Below the pieces are notes generated by a model. The model was given only the letters and a program-made list of their open reading frames with translations, was not told the DNA's origin and made no database searches. DNA of 32,000 bases from Pseudomonas aeruginosa (GTDB lineage: Bacteria; Pseudomonadota; Gammaproteobacteria; Pseudomonadales; Pseudomonadaceae): assembly GCF_001457615.1 (NCBI RefSeq), contig NZ_LN831024.1, forward strand, positions 4,560,001 through 4,592,000, written 5' to 3'. Positions 10,314 to 16,897 of the stretch are shown in pieces. Position numbers and translations under genes: made by a program. Positions within the stretch are counted from its first letter, which is position 1, and each line of letters starts with the position of its first letter.

Positions 10314-10697
10314 TCAACGCTCCTTGCAGGCGACCCCGTCGGTGGGCTCGCCGCCCTTCCAGTCGCCGTAGAGGGTGGCTTCCTCGCCCTTGGTCCACCA
10401 GATGTACTGGCCGGCGGCGTACTTGGCGCCGGAGGCGGAAATCACATTGCTGAAGACCAGCGTCGAGTTGTCGCTGACCGGCACCACGGCGAGGCTGTTG
10501 TCGCCCTTGTTCAGGTACTGCACGGTGAACTTGCGACCGTTCTCGCACTTGTAGTCGACGCTGCGGGTATCCAGCTTGGCATCCCCCGGCAGGGCCAGGT
10601 AATCGACCTGGGCGGTCTGCTTGTCGTCGTCGCTGCCGCCGCAGGCGACCAGGACCACGGGAACGGCAGCCAGAAGCAGCCAGAGCGCTTTTTTCAT
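10314..10697 (-). CDS. mliC: Membrane-bound lysozyme inhibitor of C-type lysozyme (lipoprotein)
   Basis: 127 aa from the ATG at 10697, with a GAGGGA SD. It has a lipobox (LVAC). The sequence is recognised as MliC/PA0867-like. Confidence 0.85.
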   Translation of the reverse strand: MKKALWLLLAAVPVVLVACGGSDDDKQTAQVDYLALPGDAKLDTRSVDYKCENGRKFTVQYLNKGDNSLAVVPVSDNSTLVFSNVISASGAKYAAGQYIWWTKGEEATLYGDWKGGEPTDGVACKER

Positions 10698-10731
10698 GGA
10701 AATCCCTCTAACGAGAAAAAATGGCGCTGCC

Positions 10732-10761
10732 ACTGTAGGAATTCGGCACCTGCCGCGTCAA
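10732..10761 (-). promoter_or_regulatory. Candidate sigma70 promoter of mliC (TTGACG-18 bp-TACAGT)
   Basis: Hexamers were read on the minus strand. The -10 lies about 35 bp upstream of the ATG. Confidence 0.3.
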
Positions 10762-10866
10762 CGACAGGCGCCCCTAGAAAAAGTCTTGTGGGCCGCCGGG
10801 ACACGCAAAGGAGCGCTCCTCTCTCCTCTGCGCGCCGGCGCCCCATCGATCACTCGGTGACCGGCT

Positions 10867-12267
10867 TCACCGCAGGCCCGGCGTCGGCCGCGGGGCTCCC
10901 TTGAGTCGGTAGCAGGCCCACATCACCAGCAGCCAGACCGGGATGGCATAGACCGAGACCTGGATGCCGGGGATCAGCAACATGACGCCGAGGATGAACA
11001 CCACGAAGGCCATGCACAGGTAGTTGCCGTACGGATACCAGAACGCGCGGAAGTGCGTGCGGGTGCCCTGGCGGTCCATCTGCGCGCGGAACTTCAGGTG
11101 CGCCATGCTGATCATCGCCCAGTTGATCACCAGCGCCGCCACCACCAGCGACATCAGCAGCTCCAGCGCCTGGTGCGGGATCACATAGTTCACCACCACC
11201 GCGAGGAAGGTCACCAGCGCCGATACCACCAGGGCGCGTACCGGTACGCCGCGCTTGTCGACCCTGGCCAGCGCGCGCGGGGCATCGCCCTGCTCGGCCA
11301 GGCCGAGAAGCATGCGGCCGTTGCAATAGGTGCCGCTGTTGTACACCGACAGTGCGGCGGTGAGCACCACGAAGTTCAGCAGGTGCGCGGCGGTGCCGCT
11401 GCCGATCATCGAGAAGATCTGCACGAACGGGCTGCCGCTGTAGGCATCGCCGGAAGCGTTGAGGGTCTGCAGCAGGCTGTCCCAGGGCGTCAGCGAGAGC
11501 AGCACGATCAGGGCGCCGATGTAGAAGATCAGGATGCGATAGATCACCTGGTTGATCGCCTTCGGGATCACCGTCCTCGGCTTGTCCGCCTCGGCCGCGG
11601 TGAAGCCGAGCATTTCCAGGCCACCGAAGGAGAACATGATGATCGCCATGGCCATCACCAGTCCGCTCGCTCCGTTGGGGAAGAAACCGCCGTGTGCCCA
11701 GAGGTTGCTCACCGAAGCCTGCGGACCGCCGCTGCCGCTGAACAGCAGGTAGCAGCCGAGCAGGATCATGCCGATGATCGCCACCACCTTGATGATCGCG
11801 AACCAGAACTCGGCTTCGCCGAAGGCCTTGACGTTGGCCAGGTTGATCGCGTTGACGACGACGAAGAACAACGCCGCCGTGGCCCAGGTCGGCACCTCCG
11901 GCCACCAGTAGTGGATGTACTTGCCGACCGCGGTCAGTTCCGACATCCCGACCAGGATGTACAGCACCCAGCAGTTCCAGCCGGAGAGGAAGCCGGCGAA
12001 GCCGCCCCAGTACTTGTGCGCGAAGTGGCTGAAGGAGCCGGCGACCGGCTCCTCGACGATCATCTCGCCGAGCTGGCGCATGATCATGAAAGCGATGAAG
12101 CCGGCGATGGCGTAGCCGAGGATCATCGACGGGCCCGCCGACTTGAGCACCCCGGCCGAGCCGAGGAACAGGCCGGTGCCGATGGCGCCGCCGAGGGCGA
12201 TCAACTGGATGTGACGATTCTTCAGGCCGCGCTTGAGCTCGCCCGAATGCGGATGTTGGCCGTCCAT
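10867..12267 (-). CDS. aroP2: Aromatic amino acid:H+ symporter (APC family, AroP-like)
   Basis: 466 aa with 12 predicted TM segments. The APC signature LKNRHIQLIALGGAIGTGLFLGS is present. Confidence 0.9.
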   Translation of the reverse strand: MDGQHPHSGELKRGLKNRHIQLIALGGAIGTGLFLGSAGVLKSAGPSMILGYAIAGFIAFMIMRQLGEMIVEEPVAGSFSHFAHKYWGGFAGFLSGWNCWVLYILVGMSELTAVGKYIHYWWPEVPTWATAALFFVVVNAINLANVKAFGEAEFWFAIIKVVAIIGMILLGCYLLFSGSGGPQASVSNLWAHGGFFPNGASGLVMAMAIIMFSFGGLEMLGFTAAEADKPRTVIPKAINQVIYRILIFYIGALIVLLSLTPWDSLLQTLNASGDAYSGSPFVQIFSMIGSGTAAHLLNFVVLTAALSVYNSGTYCNGRMLLGLAEQGDAPRALARVDKRGVPVRALVVSALVTFLAVVVNYVIPHQALELLMSLVVAALVINWAMISMAHLKFRAQMDRQGTRTHFRAFWYPYGNYLCMAFVVFILGVMLLIPGIQVSVYAIPVWLLVMWACYRLKGAPRPTPGLR

Positions 12268-12412
12268 TGAATTATCTCACGCAAGTGGAAATTTATTGTT
12301 GTCGGAGGCGAAACGGGGCCGTGCGGCTCAGGCGGCAGGCGCACGGCGGGCGCCATGCGGGGCGCGTGGCGGCGGGCGGTCGGCTGGGCGGAGGGAGGAC
12401 TCACGGATCATG

Positions 12413-12440
12413 CGTCACCTGTTTGTTGTTGTACGTGACG
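12413..12440. promoter_or_regulatory. Inverted repeat CGTCAC-N16-GTGACG in the aroP2 upstream region
   Basis: Perfect 6-bp arms were read directly. Its function is unknown. Confidence 0.2.
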
Positions 12441-12525
12441 TGAATGGGCCGCCAGGCTCGTGGCTCGGCGGTGCGGGCAAGGCTGGCGCGATCGGCGCCG
12501 CTGGAACGGAAACGCGGAGCGCAAG

Positions 12526-12556
12526 GAAAACCGCCAGCCCCGGAAGAGGCTGGCGG
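12526..12556 (-). terminator. Rho-independent terminator after hpd
   Basis: Minus strand: CCGCCAGCC-tcttccgg-GGCTGGCGG followed by TTTTCC. Confidence 0.75.
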
Positions 12557-12564
12557 CAGCGGGA

Positions 12565-13638
12565 TCAGATCACGCCGCGGCGAATCTGGTCTTCCTCGAT
12601 GGACTCGAACAGGGCCTTGAAATTGCCCTCGCCGAAGCCCTGGTTGCCCTTGCGCTGGATGATCTCGAAGAAGATCGGGCCGATCACCGTGTCGGTGAAG
12701 ATCTGCAGCAGGATGCCGTCGTCGCCCGGGGCGCCGTCGATCAGCAGGTTCAGTTCGCGCAGTTGCTCGAGCGGCTCGCCATGCCCGGCGACGCGGGTGT
12801 CGACCTTCTCGTAGTAGGTGTCCGGGGTCGACATGAACTTCACGCCGTTGTCGCGCAGCTTGCGCACGGTGGCATAGATGTCGTCGGTGGTCAGGGCGAT
12901 GTGCTGGATGCCTTCGCCATGGTATTCGCGGATGAATTCCTCGATCTGCGAGGTATCGTCGGCCGACTCGTTGATCGGGATGCGGATCTTCCCGCAAGGT
13001 GCGGTCATGGCGCGGGAGAACAGGCCGGTGAGCTTGCCTTCGATGTCGAAGTAGCGAATCTCGCGGAAGTTGGCGATGCGCTCGTAGAAACCGGACCAGA
13101 CGTCCATCTGGCCGCGCTTGACGTTGTGGGTCAGGTGGTCGATGTAGGTCAGGCCGACGGAGTTGTCGTTGGCGCTGCGGCCTTCGATGAACTCGAAGTC
13201 GACGTCATAGATGCTGCGGTCGCCGTAGCGGTCGACAAGATACAGCAGCGAACCGCCGATGCCTTCCAGGGAAGGGATGTTCAGCTCGCCGAAGTTGGCG
13301 TGGCTGCCCACCAGCTTGGCGCCCTGGGATTCGGCGTAGGCGGCGGCCTGGGAAGCGTTCTTCACCCGGAAGGCCATGGCGCAGGCGCTCGGGCCGTGCT
13401 TGAGGGCGAATTCATGGACATGCCCGGTCGGGCTGCCGTTGAGCACGATGTTGATATCGTTCTGCTGGAACAGGAAGACTTCCTTGGAACGATGCTTGGC
13501 GGTTTCGGTGAAGCCCATCATGTTGAACAGCTGGCGCAGCTGCTCGATGCCCTTGGCGTCGGGGGCGGTGAACTCGACGAATTCGAATCCGTCGGTACCG
13601 ATGGGATTGTGCTGTTCGATCTTGGCCACGGCGTTCAT
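12565..13638 (-). CDS. hpd: 4-hydroxyphenylpyruvate dioxygenase
   Basis: 357 aa with two VOC domains and the conserved C-terminus GPIFFEIIQRKGNQGFGEGNFKALFESIE. A GAGGAGG SD is present. Confidence 0.95.
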   Translation of the reverse strand: MNAVAKIEQHNPIGTDGFEFVEFTAPDAKGIEQLRQLFNMMGFTETAKHRSKEVFLFQQNDINIVLNGSPTGHVHEFALKHGPSACAMAFRVKNASQAAAYAESQGAKLVGSHANFGELNIPSLEGIGGSLLYLVDRYGDRSIYDVDFEFIEGRSANDNSVGLTYIDHLTHNVKRGQMDVWSGFYERIANFREIRYFDIEGKLTGLFSRAMTAPCGKIRIPINESADDTSQIEEFIREYHGEGIQHIALTTDDIYATVRKLRDNGVKFMSTPDTYYEKVDTRVAGHGEPLEQLRELNLLIDGAPGDDGILLQIFTDTVIGPIFFEIIQRKGNQGFGEGNFKALFESIEEDQIRRGVI

Positions 13639-13780
13639 CCGGCCTCCTCGTTGTTCTTGTTGAATGGACCGCCGCCGGTCCAGGCGGCCGACGACATGGG
13701 AGATGCCTTCATCTCACCCCGTGGCGGCGCGGCGGACAAGCCGTCGGCAGGGCCCGGCACAGGGCCTGGCGCAGGGTTTC

Positions 13781-13798
13781 TGGCAACTATTCCTTACG
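13781..13798. promoter_or_regulatory. Weak TyrR/PhhR-type box TGGCAA-CTATTC-CTTACG
   Basis: 8/12 match to TGTAAA-N6-TTTACA. It lies 34 bp from the strong box. Confidence 0.25.
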
Positions 13799-13831
13799 CG
13801 CCGGCGGCATGCATGGCGAACGCCCGGTCTT

Positions 13832-13849
13832 CGTAAAATTATCTTTACA
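13832..13849. promoter_or_regulatory. Strong TyrR/PhhR-type box CGTAAA-ATTATC-TTTACA upstream of hpd
   Basis: 11/12 match to TGTAAA-N6-TTTACA. It is centred about 200 bp upstream of the hpd ATG, in the region shared with the divergent AraC gene. Confidence 0.65.
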
Positions 13850-13959
13850 GGGCGGTGCGAAAAGCTGCCAGCAGCGCTGTCACGGCTGCGCTGAAAGCCG
13901 GCGCTGCATGATCGGCGTCAAGCGGTTAACCTGCGTCTTTCCTCCGCGACGGCATTCCC

Positions 13960-14748
13960 ATGGCACGACCCGCACCACCCGACCTGAGCGACAGCCGCCG
14001 GCCCCTGCGCGGCGTCGCCCGCAGCTATCCTGCCGGGCACCGCGTCGATGCCCACGAGCACGCCTGGGGCCAGGTGCTCTATGCGGTGTCCGGGATGATG
14101 TGGCTGGAGACGCCCGACGAGGCCCTGCCGGTCCCGCCGCAACGGGCGGTCTGGTTGCCTCCGGGCCTGCGCCATGCGGTGCGGGTCGCCTCCGAGTTGC
14201 AGATGCGCAACATCTACCTGAGCCCGGAACTCTCCCGCGGCCTGGAGGACCGCACCCTGGTGCTGGTGGTCGGCCCGCTGCTGCGCGAGCTGATCGTCAG
14301 CCTGGTGGAGCAGGAACGACAGAGCGACCCCCACTACTATCGGGCGCTGGCCGATCTCGCCGTGCTCGAACTCGGCCGCGCGCGCCGTTCCAGCCTACGC
14401 GTACCGCTGCCGGACGCCTCCGACAGGCGCCTGCTCGCGCTGTGCCAGGCGGTGATGGCCAATCCCTCCCTGGACATCGGCCTGGAGCGCCTGGCCGAAG
14501 ACGCCGGGGCCAGCGTGCGGACCCTCTCGCGCCTGTTCCAGCGCAGCCTGGGCATGGGCTTCGCCGACTGGCGGCGGCAGGTGCAGCTGGCGACCGCCGC
14601 CGCCGCACTGATCGATGGCCGTCCGGTGGCAGGCATCGCCCATGCCCTGGGATATACGCCGAGCGCCTTCAGCGACATGTTCCGCCGCGAGCTGGGCGTC
14701 TCTCCCACCGAGTACAGGGCCGAGCATCACCAGCCGTTCCAGCCTTGA
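13960..14748 (+). CDS. AraC-family transcriptional regulator with N-terminal cupin domain (PA0864-like)
   Basis: 262 aa. The C-terminal double HTH is present (VRTLSRLFQRSLGMGFADWRRQVQL...IAHALGYTPSAFSDMFRRELGVSPTEYR). Confidence 0.9.
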   Translation: MARPAPPDLSDSRRPLRGVARSYPAGHRVDAHEHAWGQVLYAVSGMMWLETPDEALPVPPQRAVWLPPGLRHAVRVASELQMRNIYLSPELSRGLEDRTLVLVVGPLLRELIVSLVEQERQSDPHYYRALADLAVLELGRARRSSLRVPLPDASDRRLLALCQAVMANPSLDIGLERLAEDAGASVRTLSRLFQRSLGMGFADWRRQVQLATAAAALIDGRPVAGIAHALGYTPSAFSDMFRRELGVSPTEYRAEHHQPFQP

Positions 14749-14765
14749 CCGGTATTCGATAGCGA

Positions 14766-14792
14766 TTGGCCGATAGATGTTTTTTCGGCCAA
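14766..14792 (+). other. Hairpin TTGGCCGA-N11-TCGGCCAA after the AraC gene
   Basis: An 8-bp perfect stem with a T-rich loop and no downstream U-tract. It could be a weak terminator or a regulatory structure. Confidence 0.3.
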
Positions 14793-14831
14793 CTAGACTG
14801 GCACCATCGTTCACCGTCCCTGTCAGCCGCC

Positions 14832-15004
14832 ATGAACTACCTGATCTCCCTCGGCATCGGCCTGCTGGTCGGCGCGCTCTACGCCGTCCTCGACTTCCGC
14901 TCGCCGGCGCCCCCACCATCGCCTTGGTCGGCCTGCTTGGCATGCAGCTCGGCGAACAGCTTTTCCCCCTTGGCCGCGACCTGCTGCAGCAGTGGCTGCA
15001 CTGA
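14832..15004 (+). pseudogene. XapX/DUF1427-like small membrane protein gene interrupted by a -1 frame change in a C5 tract (14910-14914)
   Basis: The N-terminal half MNYLISLGIGLLVGALYAVLDFRSPAPP is in the frame of ATG 14832. The C-terminal half TIALVGLLGMQLGEQLFPLGRDLLQQWLH-stop is in the -1 frame and ends at 15004. One extra C restores a 57-aa protein. Confidence 0.55.
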
Positions 15005-15029
15005 TCGCCGCGACGACACGGAGCCCCCG

Positions 15030-15989
15030 ATGAAAGCACTGCAATTCGACCGTACCGGCGACCTCGCCGCCCTCGAGCTGGTGGACATGCCCGACCCGCT
15101 TCCCGCCGCCGATGAGGTGCGGGTGGAAATCCGCGCTGCCGGGCTGAATCCGAGCGACGTGAAGAACGTCCTCGGCCGCTTCCCCTATACCACCCTGCCC
15201 CGGGTACCGGGCCGCGACTTCGCCGGGGTGGTGGTGGAGGGACCGAAGGCTCTGCTCGGCCAGGCGGTCTGGGGCACCGGGCGGGAGCCGGGATTCTTCC
15301 GCGACGGTAGCCACGCGCAGTTCCTGACCCTGCCGGCCGCCGGCGTCGCGCTCAAGCCGGAAAGCCTGAGCTTCGCCCAGGCCGCCAGTTGCGGGGTGCC
15401 CTACAGCACCGCCTGGGATGCCCTGCAACGCAGCCAGGTCAAGGCCGGCACCCGGCTCCTGGTAATCGGCGCCAACGGCGCGGTCGGCAAGGCCGCGCTG
15501 GCGCTGGCCAAGGCCCTGGGGGCCGAAGCGATCGGCGCGGTGCGGCGCGAGGAGCAACGCCAGGCGCTGGAAACGCAGGGCATCGCCGCGCTGCTGCTGG
15601 GCGAGCCGGCCGAACTGGCGGCACAGGTGGAAGGGATCTTCCCCGGCGGGGCCGAGGTGATCTTCGATACGACCGGTTTCTGGCTCGAGGCGGCGGTCCC
15701 GGCGCTGGCCGCCTTCGGTCGCCTGGCGATCATCGCCGCACCGGCCGACGGCCATGTGCGCCTGCCGGCGTTGAACCTGTACCGTCGCGGTGGCTCGGTG
15801 GTGGGGATCAACTCGCTGCTCTATGGCGTGGAAGCCTGCGCAGGCTTCCTCGACGCCTTCGGCAAGCTGTTCGACCAGGGCCGCCTGCCGCTGCCGGACG
15901 GGCTGCGGGAAGTCCCGCTGGAGCAGGGCGTTGAGCAGTACCGGGCGGTGAACGAAGGCACCTGCGAGAAGATCATCCTGGTGCCCTGA
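15030..15989 (+). CDS. Quinone oxidoreductase / zinc-type alcohol dehydrogenase-like (MDR superfamily) protein (PA0863-like)
   Basis: 319 aa from the ATG at 15030, with GGAG 6 nt upstream. The N-terminus is GroES-like and a Rossmann motif (VIGANGAVGKAALALAK) is present. Confidence 0.85.
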   Translation: MKALQFDRTGDLAALELVDMPDPLPAADEVRVEIRAAGLNPSDVKNVLGRFPYTTLPRVPGRDFAGVVVEGPKALLGQAVWGTGREPGFFRDGSHAQFLTLPAAGVALKPESLSFAQAASCGVPYSTAWDALQRSQVKAGTRLLVIGANGAVGKAALALAKALGAEAIGAVRREEQRQALETQGIAALLLGEPAELAAQVEGIFPGGAEVIFDTTGFWLEAAVPALAAFGRLAIIAAPADGHVRLPALNLYRRGGSVVGINSLLYGVEACAGFLDAFGKLFDQGRLPLPDGLREVPLEQGVEQYRAVNEGTCEKIILVP

Positions 15990-15996
15990 GGAGCGG

Positions 15997-16029
15997 GCGG
16001 AATCCCGGCGGAACACGCCGGGATTCCGC
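15997..16029. terminator. Perfect 13-bp hairpin between convergent genes (GCGGAATCCCGGC-ggaacac-GCCGGGATTCCGC)
   Basis: Read directly. It lacks U-tracts and probably serves as a bidirectional transcript end or stabiliser. Confidence 0.6.
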
Positions 16030-16040
16030 TGCGCGCAAGA

Positions 16041-16823
16041 CTACTCCGCGCCGACCGCGAGCTTGCGGGCGCTGCGCGCCTCCTCCAGCTGCATGCAGCG
16101 CTCGAGGAACAGGTACATATAGTCGTAGCTCTTGCAGATCGCGTCGCGCAGTTGCCGGCGCAGCTCGGCGCAGGGATTGGTGCCGGCCAGGGTGCAGATG
16201 ATCTCCAGCGCCTCCCAGGGGTGGGCATCGTCGTACTGGGCGTGGAGCTTGAGCCACTTCATGGCGCGCTTGCGGCCTTCCTTGGGGAAGGCGTTTTCGT
16301 AGACGCCGTTCGAACAGACCAGCGCCGACCACTCGCCGGTGACGCCTTCGATGGCGTAGTTGGTGGCGGCCATGGCCACCGCCAGTGAGTCGCTGGCGCA
16401 GGTGTGCCAGCACCAGTGGCTGAGCGCGTGCAGTTCGGCCGGCACGTCTTGCGCCTGGATCTCGGCCAGGCTCACGCCGTGGGCCTCGGCCCAGTGCAGC
16501 CAGTAGTCGGCGTGGTTGAGTTCGACCCGAATGTTGCGCATCAGCCAGCGGCGCGCCATGTCTTCGCCGGGATGGCGGGCGAAACGGGTCTTCAGCAGGT
16601 TCTGCGACATGTACAAGGGGAACTGCTCGACCACCGGCCAGCCGCCGATCAGGTACAGGCGCATCAGCGCCGGGCTCAGCTCGGCGTCGCGCATGCGCCG
16701 GTACAGCTCGTGACCGGAAACCCGGTCCTTGCTCGCCTGGCAGTCGACGATCAGTTGCTGCGCCCACTGCGGATAGCTTCCCGCCTCCTGCAAGGGGCCC
16801 GTACGGTCAAAGAACTCGCTCAC
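16041..16823 (-). CDS. undA: Heme-oxygenase-like di-iron oxidase, TenA/PqqC fold; probable 1-undecene synthase UndA (PA0862-like)
   Basis: 260 aa with a GTG start and an AAGGGAG SD. Ligand residues E101, H104, E159, H194, D198 and H201 sit at the positions I recall for Pseudomonas UndA. Motifs VELNHADYW, NYAIEG and KLHAQYDDAHPWE are present. Confidence 0.8.
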   Translation of the reverse strand: MSEFFDRTGPLQEAGSYPQWAQQLIVDCQASKDRVSGHELYRRMRDAELSPALMRLYLIGGWPVVEQFPLYMSQNLLKTRFARHPGEDMARRWLMRNIRVELNHADYWLHWAEAHGVSLAEIQAQDVPAELHALSHWCWHTCASDSLAVAMAATNYAIEGVTGEWSALVCSNGVYENAFPKEGRKRAMKWLKLHAQYDDAHPWEALEIICTLAGTNPCAELRRQLRDAICKSYDYMYLFLERCMQLEEARSARKLAVGAE

Positions 16824-16897
16824 ACCCGTCTCCCTTCTCTTCTTGTCGGCAACGGCCTCATAGCAGCGAAACTACTCTTTCTTCGCCCCGCGGTCAC

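Noticed and set aside
12222-12404. 60-aa minus-strand ORF and a 27-codon ATG mini-ORF in the aroP2 upstream region, considered as a possible attenuation leader peptide
   Set aside because: There is no run of Phe/Tyr/Trp codons, no SD, and the composition is Pro/Arg/Ala-rich GC artefact. The 60-aa ORF also overlaps the aroP2 start in another frame.
13809-14762. 317-aa plus-strand ORF overlapping the AraC gene in another frame
   Set aside because: It is a low-complexity Arg/Pro/Ala-rich product. The 13960-14748 frame has the cupin and AraC HTH motifs.
14766-15989. Single 407-aa ORF from the track, taken as one protein
   Set aside because: It is better explained as a frameshifted XapX-like mini-gene (14832-15004) plus an independent oxidoreductase gene, which has its own GGAG SD and an ATG at 15030. 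The linking segment is Cys/Ser-rich off-frame-looking sequence. The fusion possibility is kept only as a hypothesis in the findings.
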